Source: Candidatus Moraniibacteriota bacterium (GTDB taxonomy: Bacteria; Patescibacteriota; Minisyncoccia; Moranbacterales; UBA1568). Taken from it: a DNA stretch of 64,000 nucleotides. The notes beneath the pieces were generated by a model that searched no databases, was not told the origin of the DNA, and saw only the letters and a program-made list of their open reading frames with translations. Below are positions 1-9,786 of the stretch, piece after piece (positions within the stretch are counted from its first letter, which is position 1; the number at the start of each line of letters is the position of its first letter). The position numbers and the translations under genes are program-made. The DNA is taken from NCBI GenBank assembly GCA_023261695.1, contig JAHFON010000003.1, forward strand, positions 6,682 through 70,681, given 5' to 3'.

Positions 1-1374
1 AATGGACCATATCGTGTTTTAACTTTGGATGCATCTCAAAATGGTACATTTTCAAATAATTTAGCAATTACAAAAGTTTTGCAAGTCAACGGGACAGGGA
101 ATAGTTATATACAAGGCAACGTCGGCATCGGGACGACGAGTCCGACGACGCTGTTTGAAATTGGATCGTCCGATCTCGGCGATGGCGCGGCCGGTCCGAT
201 TATTACCTTGGGTCGTAACACAAACGCAACCAACACCGGAGCCGGTTCCATGAACTTTATGAGTAAAGCCGGTACGGCTGGTTATGTCTGGCAGGACAAT
301 GCCGGTCAGATGCGTATCAATACTGCCGCGCCAACCAATGCCAATGACACGGCGGGGACAGTGATCGGCACACAATCATCATCGCTGGCTTCCAAAAATC
401 TGGCGGGAGAATTTACTGATTACACGTCAGCCCTGAACATTATTGTTGACGCGCCGCTCTATAACTTCACTTACAAATCAGGCGCGTACAATAATCAGGA
501 ATTCACCGGTATCATCACCGATTATTCTCCGACTTTCGGTATGGATAAAGATGCGGAACATCCGGCAGGCAAGAGTCTGAATGTAGTCACAGCTATTGGT
601 TATACGTTTGGCGCCATCAAGCAATTGGATCGAAGCTTTGCCAGCGTGAATCTCAAAACCGATCAAAATATCACCACGCTGTCCGCTCTGCAGGTTTCCG
701 TGGACGCGCAACTGACAGTGATCGGCGGGACGTTGAATCAACTTACGACCAATGATCAACTGCAAACAACCAAGAATAACGAGCAAGACACGGCTCTGGA
801 AACCCTGACTTCCGACTATCAATCGCTCACCGCCAACTTTGCCAACCTGCAATCCGACATCAACGCGCAAGTGTCCAAAACCGCTCTGATAGAAACACAA
901 ATGGCGACACTCACCGAACAACTCGCCACGCTCACGGACTTCTACACCACGTTTGATCTGGGCAATCTGATAACTAAAGACACGCTCGGCAACGTGGATC
1001 TTTTGGGCGGTAAATTAAAAGCCAAGATATTGGAAACGGGCGCGCTCACCATAGAAGTGGTGGATCCGGACGCTCCGACTATCGGCTCGGCGGAGATTTT
1101 GCCGGTGGCCACGGATGCTGACAGTGACGGTAATGACGACTACACGAATAAACCGATGACCGATCCGGATGTGGCGGCGCGCGATGGAAAGAGTCTGGTG
1201 GTGAAAACCAAGTCCGTATCGGAGAAAACTCGGGTTTTCGTGACGCTGAAAAATTTGCTGGATGTTCCGCTGGTTGTTACCAAGATTGAAGAAGGCGAGA
1301 ACTTCAAAGTGGAGGTGAAAACTGCCGTATCAGAGAAGGTGAAATTTGACTGGCTGATAGTGGAGGAGAAGTAG
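1..1374 (+). CDS. Tail-fiber-like surface protein, 5'-partial at window edge, with a peptidase S74 / intramolecular-chaperone-like segment followed by a coiled-coil region
   Basis: Frame is open back to nt 1. Segment LYNFTYK...FTGIITDYSPTFGMDKDAEHPAGKSLNVVTAIGYTFGAIKQL matches the intramolecular chaperone (S74) pattern of phage tail fibres/endosialidases. Gly/Thr/Asn-rich N-part and Q/T/L-rich heptad-like stretch. Confidence 0.5.
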   Translation, partial: NGPYRVLTLDASQNGTFSNNLAITKVLQVNGTGNSYIQGNVGIGTTSPTTLFEIGSSDLGDGAAGPIITLGRNTNATNTGAGSMNFMSKAGTAGYVWQDNAGQMRINTAAPTNANDTAGTVIGTQSSSLASKNLAGEFTDYTSALNIIVDAPLYNFTYKSGAYNNQEFTGIITDYSPTFGMDKDAEHPAGKSLNVVTAIGYTFGAIKQLDRSFASVNLKTDQNITTLSALQVSVDAQLTVIGGTLNQLTTNDQLQTTKNNEQDTALETLTSDYQSLTANFANLQSDINAQVSKTALIETQMATLTEQLATLTDFYTTFDLGNLITKDTLGNVDLLGGKLKAKILETGALTIEVVDPDAPTIGSAEILPVATDADSDGNDDYTNKPMTDPDVAARDGKSLVVKTKSVSEKTRVFVTLKNLLDVPLVVTKIEEGENFKVEVKTAVSEKVKFDWLIVEEK

Positions 1375-1423
1375 TTTTGCTATGATGTACCCTGAATTCA
1401 AGGCGTGCGTGAAGTGAGATGAA

Positions 1424-2329
1424 TTATAACAATAGAGCGTCTTTCGGATTTGTTATCCAGTGTATTGTGGCGCCCATTTTTTCCAAACGGTAAAGCCAGG
1501 TGAGCTGGCGTTTGGCGTACTGAAAACTCTCCCGCAGAATGCGATCGCGCATTGTCTGACGGGGGATTTTGTTTTGGAGAAACAGCGCGATATTTCTGTA
1601 CTCCAACCCGAAACTTTCCAACCTTTTCCAACCGACGCCTTCTTCGCGCAAACGTTCCACTTCCGCGACCATTCCTCGTTTCAATCTTTTATCCAGCCGC
1701 GTTTCTATGTTTTTTTGCAAGATTTCTTTGTCCGGGTTTAAAGCAATGATGAGATAGTTTGCGGTTTTTAGTTTATGGTTCGCAGTCGGAGACGGAACTT
1801 TTCCGAGAGATTCTATAATTTCCAACGCTCGTATCAGTCGGACTTTATTTTTTGGGTCAATGCTTGCGGCGCGGGAGGGATCTTTTTTTGTAAGTATTGA
1901 AAAAAGTTTTTCTGCGGAAAGTTTTGTAAGTTTTTTGCGCAATTTCAAATCCGGTTTTACGGGCGGGAAAGTCGTGCCTTCAATTAAAGCTTGCGCCCAA
2001 AATCCCGTGCCGCCGCAGATAATGGGAATTTTACCGCGTTTTTGAATGTCTGTGGCGGCTTTTTTCGCGTCCCGCGCAAAATGCGTGACGTTGTAAGCGC
2101 GCTTGGGAGAGGCTACGTCTATTAAATGATGTCGTATGCCGTCCGAAAAAAATTCCGAATTCGCGGAAAAATCTCGCGGGACTTTTCCCGTTCCTATATC
2201 CATTCCTCTGTAAATCTGTCTTGAATCAGCCGAAATAATCTCGCCATTATATTTCTTGGCGAGCGCGATGGCCAAATCAGATTTGCCGCTCGCCGTCGGT
2301 CCGAGGACGCAGATATTTTTTTTATCCAT
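1424..2329 (-). CDS. miaA: tRNA dimethylallyltransferase
   Basis: N-terminal P-loop VLGPTASGKSDLAIALAKK...IISADSRQIYRGMDIGTGK is typical MiaA. 301 aa. Confidence 0.9.
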   Translation of the reverse strand: MDKKNICVLGPTASGKSDLAIALAKKYNGEIISADSRQIYRGMDIGTGKVPRDFSANSEFFSDGIRHHLIDVASPKRAYNVTHFARDAKKAATDIQKRGKIPIICGGTGFWAQALIEGTTFPPVKPDLKLRKKLTKLSAEKLFSILTKKDPSRAASIDPKNKVRLIRALEIIESLGKVPSPTANHKLKTANYLIIALNPDKEILQKNIETRLDKRLKRGMVAEVERLREEGVGWKRLESFGLEYRNIALFLQNKIPRQTMRDRILRESFQYAKRQLTWLYRLEKMGATIHWITNPKDALLL

Positions 2330-2333
2330 AACG

Positions 2334-5300
2334 TTAATTCGTGATTGATTCCACGCCGTCCAGATTTTTGATCTGCGCGAGATGGTCTTCAGTCGGAGAA
2401 AGCGAGAATGTGGTCTGGATGATGGTGCCTCCGATTTGCACTGCGACTTTTTTGGGTCCGGTGGGAATGGTTTTCAAGAGATGTGACAGGCGCTCTATGA
2501 TTTCTTGCGGCGCGGAGTTCCGGACGTTTATAACCAAGTTATTTTGGGCGCGCGGAGTATTGTGTTGCGCGCGGGTGGCTTCGCCGCGGGCGAATTGGAT
2601 CAGTGTGTCCGGCGAAACGCGTTCCAATGTTTCCGCGACGCATTTGAGCGCGCCGTCTTTGTGTGAAACGCGCGCGTTGACCAGCACCACCTCGCCTTCT
2701 ATTAAAAACGCCTGCACGAGCTCCGCCGTCTTGCCGAATATGAGCAGCTCCACGCGGCCTGTCAGGTCCTCAAGTCCCACGAAATACATTTCACTTTGAT
2801 TTTTGGTAATGATTTTGCGCACGCTGACAATCACGCCGCCCAAACGCACATAGGCATTGTTGGTTTTTTTCTCCAGTTCTTTAATGGTGACTGCTGTCTT
2901 GCTGAAATAGTCTTGGTAGTCTTTGACCGGATGGTCGCTGATATACAATCCCAATAATTCTTTTTCCCATTTGAGAGCCGTTTGCTTGGCAATGGGGATG
3001 GCTGGCGAAAGTTTGATGGGACTTGCGGCGAGCGTCATATTTCCAAAAAGGCTGGATTGATGAGTGTCGGCGATCGCTTTCAGATTTTTGGCGTGCCGCA
3101 GAATATCGTCCAGACTTTCCAGGAGTTCTCCGCGCTCTCCGAAATTTTCCAACGCGCCCACTTTGATCAGGGCTTCCAGCGACTTCTTGTTGAGATCTTT
3201 GGTTTTTACGCGTTCTATGAATTGTTCCAGCGTCGCATAGCGGCCGTTTTGTTTGCGTTGCGTTACGATGTCGGAAGCCGCGATGCGTCCCACGTTTTTG
3301 ACGGCATTCAAACCGAAACGGATGCGCTCAATCTGGTTATCCGCAATCACCGCGAATTCCTCAAAGCTTTCATTGACGGAAGGCGGCAGAACCTCAATGC
3401 CCATTTCGCGCGCTTCGTTAATTTCAATGGCGATGCGATCAATATTGTCCTGGTCGGATGTCAAAAGCGCCGCCATAAATTCAGCCGGATAATGCGCTTT
3501 GAGATAAGCCGTCTGATAACCGATGAGCGCGTAGCAGGCGGCATGCGCGCGATTGAAACCGTAATCAGCAAACGGCTCAATGAAGGAAAAAACTTTTTCC
3601 CCGATATTTTTTCCGACACCCGTGCGTATACAGCCCTGGATAAATTTTTCTCTTTGCTCGGCGACGAGTTCTTTGATTTTTTTGCCGACGGCTTTACGAA
3701 GTACGTCCGCTTCGCCCAAACTGAAACCGGCCAGATCGCGCGCGATTTGCATCAGCTGTTCCTGATATACGGCGACACCGTAGGTATTTTTGAGGATGGG
3801 TTCCAGGATAGGATGAAGATATTTGATTTTTTTCGTCCCGTGTTTTCCGTCTATGAAATCTTGTATGTACTCCATCGGACCAGGACGATAGAGAGCCACC
3901 ATCGCGATGATGTCTTCTAAAACGGTGGGTTTCAACTGCTTCAAATAGCGTTTCATACCGGAGCTTTCCAATTGAAAGACGCCCGTGGTGCGCGCTTCTT
4001 GTAAAAGTTTGAAAGTGAGTTTGTCGTCCAAAGGAATTTTTTCTATATGGACGGTTTCATTTTTTGTTTTACGGACGATGCGCAGAGTGTTCTGAATGAT
4101 AGTGAGGTTTTTCAGTCCCAGAAAATCCATTTTCAGCAAGCCGATTTTTTCCACGGCGTTGGATTTGGTGGAAGCGGAATACTGTGTGACCACGCCGCTT
4201 CGGTTGCCGGCGACGCGCTGGAGGGGAGTATATTCGGTAACCGGGTCTTTGGTGATGACGACGCCGCAGGCATGCATTGAAGCGTGTCTGACCAGACCTT
4301 CAACTTGCATTGCAATATCTATCAATTTTTTGGCTTGAGCGTCTGATTCGTACCACTGTTTGAATTCCCGCACTTCTTCCAGCGCTTTCGTGATGGATGT
4401 AAACATCGGGATCATTTTGGAAGTTTTGTCGCAGAATTCGTAAGTATATCCCAGCGCCCGTCCCACATCGCGCACGGCGGCGCGCGCCGCCATAGTGCCG
4501 AACGTAATGATCTGTGCTACGTGATCGTCACCGTACTTTTGTCGCACATAGTTGAGCACGTCATCGCGGCGATCGTCGGCGAAGTCCATATCCACGTCGG
4601 GCAGAGAAATACGTTCGGGATTGAGAAAGCGTTCGAAGAGAAGATTGTACTTAATCGGATCTATATCGGTGATGCCGGTCAAATAAGCGAGAAAACTGCC
4701 CGCGGCCGAACCGCGGCCGGGGCCTACGACCACGCCGTTATCTTTGGCCCAGTTGACGAAGTCTTGCACAATCAAGAAATATGAAGCGAAGCCGGTTTTT
4801 TTGACGACGCCAAGTTCGTAATCTATGCGCGCGCGCTGTTCTGGAGTAATCGTTTCTTCAGGGAAGCGCTTGCGTAATCCGAGTTCGCAGAGTTCGCGCA
4901 GATAGGCGTCGGCCGTTTTGTTTTCCGGCAGTGGAAATTCCGGCAGGTGATTTTCACCCAGAGGAATTTGGAAATTGATGTTCTGTACTATCTTTTCCGT
5001 ATTTTCAAGGGCTTCTGGCAAGTCTTTGAAAATCTCCGCCATTTCTTGCGGCGAGCGCAGAGAGAGATCAAGCGTCATCATACTGAAACGCTCGGTATCG
5101 GAAACTTTTTTGTTATCGCGAATGCACAGCAGAATGTCCTGGATTTCGGCGTGTTCCCGTTTGAGGTAATGCGCATCGCAAGCGGCCACGACGGGAATGT
5201 CGGTTTCGCGGCGCAACTGGACGAGTCCCTGATTGGCGATGATCTGATTTTCGTATTCCAGGTTCGGTCCGAGTTCCAGATAGAAGTTGCCCGCGCCGAA

Positions 5301-5792
5301 AATATCCTGATACTCCAAGGCTGCTTCTTTGGCGCGCGCGTAGTTGCCGTAGATGATTTCCGACGGCACCTCGCCCTGCAATGATCCGGAGAGCGCGATG
5401 AGTCCTTCGTGATATTGCCTAAGGAGATTTTTGTCGGCGCGCGCTTTATAATAAAAGCCTTCCAATTGGGCGATGGAAATGATTTTCATCAGATTTTTGT
5501 AGCCAGTCTGGTTTTTGACGAGGAGTACCAGCTGATGTCGGCGGCGGTCTTCGGCGGTGTTATTTTTGCTGTGCAGATCTTTGCAGACGAAAATCTCCGC
5601 GCCGATAATGGCTTTGATGCCAAAATCTTTAGCTTTGCTTTGAAATTCCACGGCGCCATAGAGCGCGGATGTGTCAGTGAGCGCGAGCGCCGTCATCCCG
5701 AGCTCCCGCGTCCGCGCCAAAAGCTCCTCTATTTTGGGCAGGGCGGTGAGTAGGGAGTAGTGAGAGTGAGTATGGAGATGCGTAAACCGCAT
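2334..5792 (-). CDS. dnaE: DNA polymerase III alpha subunit
   Basis: 1152 aa. N-terminal PHP motif MRFTHLHTHSHYSLL, polymerase core and OB-fold C-terminus. Confidence 0.95.
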   Translation of the reverse strand: MRFTHLHTHSHYSLLTALPKIEELLARTRELGMTALALTDTSALYGAVEFQSKAKDFGIKAIIGAEIFVCKDLHSKNNTAEDRRRHQLVLLVKNQTGYKNLMKIISIAQLEGFYYKARADKNLLRQYHEGLIALSGSLQGEVPSEIIYGNYARAKEAALEYQDIFGAGNFYLELGPNLEYENQIIANQGLVQLRRETDIPVVAACDAHYLKREHAEIQDILLCIRDNKKVSDTERFSMMTLDLSLRSPQEMAEIFKDLPEALENTEKIVQNINFQIPLGENHLPEFPLPENKTADAYLRELCELGLRKRFPEETITPEQRARIDYELGVVKKTGFASYFLIVQDFVNWAKDNGVVVGPGRGSAAGSFLAYLTGITDIDPIKYNLLFERFLNPERISLPDVDMDFADDRRDDVLNYVRQKYGDDHVAQIITFGTMAARAAVRDVGRALGYTYEFCDKTSKMIPMFTSITKALEEVREFKQWYESDAQAKKLIDIAMQVEGLVRHASMHACGVVITKDPVTEYTPLQRVAGNRSGVVTQYSASTKSNAVEKIGLLKMDFLGLKNLTIIQNTLRIVRKTKNETVHIEKIPLDDKLTFKLLQEARTTGVFQLESSGMKRYLKQLKPTVLEDIIAMVALYRPGPMEYIQDFIDGKHGTKKIKYLHPILEPILKNTYGVAVYQEQLMQIARDLAGFSLGEADVLRKAVGKKIKELVAEQREKFIQGCIRTGVGKNIGEKVFSFIEPFADYGFNRAHAACYALIGYQTAYLKAHYPAEFMAALLTSDQDNIDRIAIEINEAREMGIEVLPPSVNESFEEFAVIADNQIERIRFGLNAVKNVGRIAASDIVTQRKQNGRYATLEQFIERVKTKDLNKKSLEALIKVGALENFGERGELLESLDDILRHAKNLKAIADTHQSSLFGNMTLAASPIKLSPAIPIAKQTALKWEKELLGLYISDHPVKDYQDYFSKTAVTIKELEKKTNNAYVRLGGVIVSVRKIITKNQSEMYFVGLEDLTGRVELLIFGKTAELVQAFLIEGEVVLVNARVSHKDGALKCVAETLERVSPDTLIQFARGEATRAQHNTPRAQNNLVINVRNSAPQEIIERLSHLLKTIPTGPKKVAVQIGGTIIQTTFSLSPTEDHLAQIKNLDGVESITN

Positions 5793-6055
5793 AGCAATTT
5801 AATTCTCAATTATCAATTTCTAAAAATAAAAAACCAGGCTTCTTCCGAAAGACTGGTGCTGAAAAATAGGGAAAAATCTTGTGCATAGGTTCTGTATCCC
5901 TCATAGCCCGGACAAAGCCGTGGGTTCTGCAGGGAAATTTACTGCACTTGCAGTATAGCACAGCGCGCTTTCAGGATAAATCATTGAGGTTGATTATTTT
6001 CTCAAAAACGGGTATGCTAGACGATAGATGTCGGCCGTTTCAGGAGTAAAAATTT

Positions 6056-6433
6056 ATGTCGCTATCTGCTTATTTGTGGGGTATTCGCTTGTTTACGCTT
6101 TTGGCTCTCTTGGCGTTTCTGGGCGTGGTGATGGCGCTGGATCCGGAAAAAGCGGGTGGCAGGGAGCTTTTTTTTGTTAGTTTGCTGGCTCTTTTGAGCG
6201 GTATATTGACACTCTTGGTCACCGGAGCGTACCGTAGGGTATTGGGAGACTCTGGCGCGGTACACCATTTGGCTGGCGCTTTTCGTCAGGCGCTTCTGCT
6301 TTCTGTATACGCTGTCGGTATTGTTTTTTTTCAGTACGCGAAGATTTTAACGTGGTGGGACGCCTTGTTGCTTTTGGCGGCGGTATTATTGATAGAGTTT
6401 TCATTTCGGCGTTTTTTACAAACGCAAGACTGA
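6056..6433 (+). CDS. Hypothetical small membrane protein (about 4 TM helices)
   Basis: Hydrophobic segments, RBS caggag upstream, ATG start. Confidence 0.4.
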   Translation: MSLSAYLWGIRLFTLLALLAFLGVVMALDPEKAGGRELFFVSLLALLSGILTLLVTGAYRRVLGDSGAVHHLAGAFRQALLLSVYAVGIVFFQYAKILTWWDALLLLAAVLLIEFSFRRFLQTQD

Positions 6434-6464
6434 AATAAATTAAAGCCTAAAATTGTAAAATTAT

Positions 6465-8552
6465 ATGGCAAAGACAGAACAAACATACGGAGCCAAGGCT
6501 ATTCAGGTGCTTGAGGGTTTGGATCCTGTGCGCAAGCGTCCGGGGATGTATATCGGCGGCACGTCGCTGGAGGGATTGCACCATCTCATCTGGGAAGTGG
6601 TGAATAATTCCATTGATGAAGCAATGGCGGGTTATTGCACGCGCATTATCGTGCGTCTCCTGCCGGACAATTGGGTGGAAATCAAAGATAACGGCCGCGG
6701 TATTCCGGTAGACACTCACCCGCAAACCAAAAAATCCGCGCTGGAAACAGTGATGACTATGTTGCATGCCGGCGGCAAATTCGGCGGCGAGGGTTACAAA
6801 ATTTCCGGCGGTTTGCATGGGGTGGGTGTGTCTGTAGTCAACGCGCTTTCCCTGCATACTGTCGTGACGGTGGAACGCGACGGCAAAGTATGGACGCAAG
6901 AGTACAAGCGCGGCAAACCCCTTGCTCCCGTGAAGCCCAGCGGCAAATCTGCTGTCACCAGTACGACCGTGGCGTTTTGCGCCGATCCGGATATTTTTCC
7001 AGAGATCAGTTATTCTTGGACCAAAATTTTAGAGTATCTGCGTTATCAGGCGTTTCTGACCAAAGGCTTGCGCATAAATATAGAAGACTGGCGCGAAACC
7101 AAGGATCAGAATCAGGCGTACAAAGTGAAGCGTCACAGTTTTTATTTTGATTCCGGCATAGTTTCGTTCGTGAAATTTCTGAATCGCAAGAAAGAAGCGA
7201 GGAATCTCGCACCGGTGTATGTGGAAAAAACGGTTGAAAATATTTCTGTGGAGTTCTCGTTGCAATTTACCGAAGGGTTCAAAGAGCATCTGTTCGCGTT
7301 TGCCAATAATATCTTAAATCCCGGCGGCGGCACGCACGTGACCGGTTTCAAAATGGCGCTCACGCGCGTGTTGAATGATTACGCCAAAAAAAATAATCTG
7401 ATCAAAGAAAAAGAAGGGGCGATTACCTCCGACGATTTGCGGGAAGGACTCACGGCGGTTATTTCCGTGAAACTCGCCAATCCGCAATTTGAAGGTCAGA
7501 CCAAAGACAAGCTGAATAATAATGAAGTGCGCGGAGCCGTCTCGCAAGTGGTGGCGGAGGGCCTGAATGAATTTTTAGAAACTCATCCGGCGGACGCGAA
7601 AGCGATTATTGAAAAATGTTTGCTTACGGTGCGGGCGCGCGTGGCGGCGCGCGCCGCCAAAGACGCGGTGCTCCGCAAGGGCGCTTTGGAAGGGATGACA
7701 CTGCCGGGGAAATTGGCAGATTGTTCCACCCGCGACACGGAGCGCTCCGAAGTATATATCGTGGAAGGGGATTCTGCCGGTGGTTCGGCCAAGCAGGGAC
7801 GCAATCGCGAATTTCAGGCGATTTTGCCTTTGCGCGGTAAATTGGTAAATGTGGAAAAAACGAGTTTAGACAAGGTTGTAAAATCAGACACATTGAAACC
7901 GATTATCATCGCGCTCGGGGTCGGTATCGGAGAAACGTTGGATATTACGAAGTTGCGGTATGGCAAAGTGATCATTATGGCCGATGCCGATGTGGACGGT
8001 TCGCATATCCGCACATTGCTTCTGACATTTTTCTATCGTTATTATGAAGAGTTGGTGCGCGGCGGCCGTATTTTTATTGCGCAACCGCCGCTCTATCGTC
8101 TCCAGACAGGCAAAGACGTGCGTTATGCGTACACCGATGAAGAAAAATTGCGCGTGATGGAAGAAATGAAACGTGAAGCGGCAATGAAAAAATCTAAAGG
8201 GGTAAAAGGCGAAAAGGAAACAGAGAAAAAAAAGGTGGAGAGAAAAGAGGCGGGAGAAAATGTGGCAGGGGAAACGGAGGAAGGTGTTGGAGCAATGGCG
8301 GTGACCAAAGAAGGAGCGGAAGAAGCTATCGCGGGAATTTCCATTCAGCGTTATAAAGGTCTCGGAGAAATGAACCCGGAGCAGTTGTGGGAAACGACGA
8401 TGAACCCGGACAATCGCGTGATGCTCAAAGTGACCATTGAAAATGCCGAAGAAGCCGATGAACTTTTTGATATTCTGATGGGGAGCGAAGTGGAACCGCG
8501 CCGCCGTTTCATCCAAACCCACGCCAAAGCCGTGAAAAATCTGGACGTGTAG
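6465..8552 (+). CDS. gyrB: DNA gyrase subunit B
   Basis: GHKL ATPase N-terminus (MAKTEQTYGAKAIQVLEGLDPVRKRPGMYIGGT), Toprim (EGDSAGGSAKQGR...), C-terminal QRYKGLGEMNPEQLWETTM. Contains a K/E/G-rich low-complexity insert. Confidence 0.95.
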   Translation: MAKTEQTYGAKAIQVLEGLDPVRKRPGMYIGGTSLEGLHHLIWEVVNNSIDEAMAGYCTRIIVRLLPDNWVEIKDNGRGIPVDTHPQTKKSALETVMTMLHAGGKFGGEGYKISGGLHGVGVSVVNALSLHTVVTVERDGKVWTQEYKRGKPLAPVKPSGKSAVTSTTVAFCADPDIFPEISYSWTKILEYLRYQAFLTKGLRINIEDWRETKDQNQAYKVKRHSFYFDSGIVSFVKFLNRKKEARNLAPVYVEKTVENISVEFSLQFTEGFKEHLFAFANNILNPGGGTHVTGFKMALTRVLNDYAKKNNLIKEKEGAITSDDLREGLTAVISVKLANPQFEGQTKDKLNNNEVRGAVSQVVAEGLNEFLETHPADAKAIIEKCLLTVRARVAARAAKDAVLRKGALEGMTLPGKLADCSTRDTERSEVYIVEGDSAGGSAKQGRNREFQAILPLRGKLVNVEKTSLDKVVKSDTLKPIIIALGVGIGETLDITKLRYGKVIIMADADVDGSHIRTLLLTFFYRYYEELVRGGRIFIAQPPLYRLQTGKDVRYAYTDEEKLRVMEEMKREAAMKKSKGVKGEKETEKKKVERKEAGENVAGETEEGVGAMAVTKEGAEEAIAGISIQRYKGLGEMNPEQLWETTMNPDNRVMLKVTIENAEEADELFDILMGSEVEPRRRFIQTHAKAVKNLDV

Positions 8553-8636
8553 AGATTTGACGACCGGCTTTTCCGTATGTTAATGTGAAATGGCTCGGGA
8601 GGGCTTTTGGGGGTGGTTTTTTCTAGTTTAGTTTTT

Positions 8637-8963
8637 ATGAAAATGCCGTTTGATAATTTGCAGGCGGTGATTCGTTGTCCGGTGTGCGACAAGAAATACC
8701 TGCCAACGAAAATACTCGTACTGGATGAGGACGAGGGGCGCACGACGATTCACCTTACTTGTGAAAGTTGTGGGGCGGCGTCAATGGCGTTTATCTCGTT
8801 GGGGCAGTTTGGAGCGGTGAGCCTCGGTTTGCTCACTGATTTGGAACAGAATGAAGCAATGACGGTCTTCCAGCGTGAAACCATTTCTACGGATCAGGTG
8901 ATTGAAGTGCATCAATTTTTGAAACACTATACCGGAGGAGTCGAAGGTTTGCTCCGCGATTAG
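8637..8963 (+). CDS. Hypothetical zinc-ribbon protein (CxxC...CxxC)
   Basis: CPVCDKKY...CESCG pair of Cys dyads. Track ORF starts at TTG 8607; first ATG is 8637. Confidence 0.35.
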   Translation: MKMPFDNLQAVIRCPVCDKKYLPTKILVLDEDEGRTTIHLTCESCGAASMAFISLGQFGAVSLGLLTDLEQNEAMTVFQRETISTDQVIEVHQFLKHYTGGVEGLLRD

Positions 8964-9003
8964 GGCTGATTTTGAATTAATAAGCAGAATAAATAACGGA
9001 ATT

Positions 9004-9693
9004 ATGGCGGAATTTACATTGCAGGTGAAAACGCGTGAACAGGCGGGCAAAGATTTATATACGGCGCGCAAACGAGGACTGGTACCGTCGGTTATGTACG
9101 GACACGGAGTGGCGCCGCAGATGTTTTGGTTGCAGTATCTGGACTTTTCCAAATTGTATAATAAGGCCGGTGAGAGCAGTATCGTGGAAATTGTTCCAGA
9201 GGACGGCAAAGCGCTGAATGTGATTATCAGTGATGTCCAGTTTGACCCGCTCTCCAATCGTTTTACACACGTGGATTTTTTTAAGGTGCGTATGGATGAA
9301 AAGTTGGAAGCGCATATTCCGCTGGAGTTTATCGGTGAAGCGCCGGCGGTGCGCGAGCTGGGCGGTATTCTTGTAAAGCCGCTGGAAGAAATACAGGTGA
9401 AGTGTCTGCCTAAAGATTTACCGCACTCTCTTACGATTGATTTGTCTGTTTTGCAAATACTGGGGAGTCATATTCAGATCAAAAATATCAAGATGCCGGC
9501 CGGTGTGGAAGCGCTTACGGATACAGACGCGGTAATCGCGCTGGTGGAAGAACCACGCACCGAATCCGAAATAGCCGCCCTGGATGAAAAAGTGGAGGCC
9601 GATGTGACAAAGGTAGAGGGTGTTATAAAAGAGACTCCAGTGAGTACAGAGGCCCCGACCAAACCTTCTGAAGAAAAGAGAGAAAAGAAATAA
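9004..9693 (+). CDS. rplY: 50S ribosomal protein L25 / general stress protein Ctc with acidic C-terminal tail
   Basis: MAEFTLQVKTREQAGKDLYTARKRGLVPSVMYGHG is the L25/Ctc signature. Confidence 0.85.
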   Translation: MAEFTLQVKTREQAGKDLYTARKRGLVPSVMYGHGVAPQMFWLQYLDFSKLYNKAGESSIVEIVPEDGKALNVIISDVQFDPLSNRFTHVDFFKVRMDEKLEAHIPLEFIGEAPAVRELGGILVKPLEEIQVKCLPKDLPHSLTIDLSVLQILGSHIQIKNIKMPAGVEALTDTDAVIALVEEPRTESEIAALDEKVEADVTKVEGVIKETPVSTEAPTKPSEEKREKK

Positions 9694-9722
9694 TCTTGAG
9701 TGCGAAATCGATTTTTTGCACT

Positions 9723-9751
9723 TGTCATTTGCAGAAAATTTGTCTATAATT
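9723..9751 (+). promoter_or_regulatory. Sigma70-like promoter upstream of the TPR membrane protein gene
   Basis: TTGTCA (9723-9728), 17-nt spacer, TATAAT (9746-9751). Confidence 0.5.
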
Positions 9752-9786
9752 CACCATATAATAAATATTAAATAATTAACAAGTGT

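Noticed and set aside
7884-8522. 212-aa minus-strand ORF inside gyrB
   Set aside because: Antisense shadow of the purine-rich gyrB insert region. Its His/Phe/Arg-rich composition is not protein-like.
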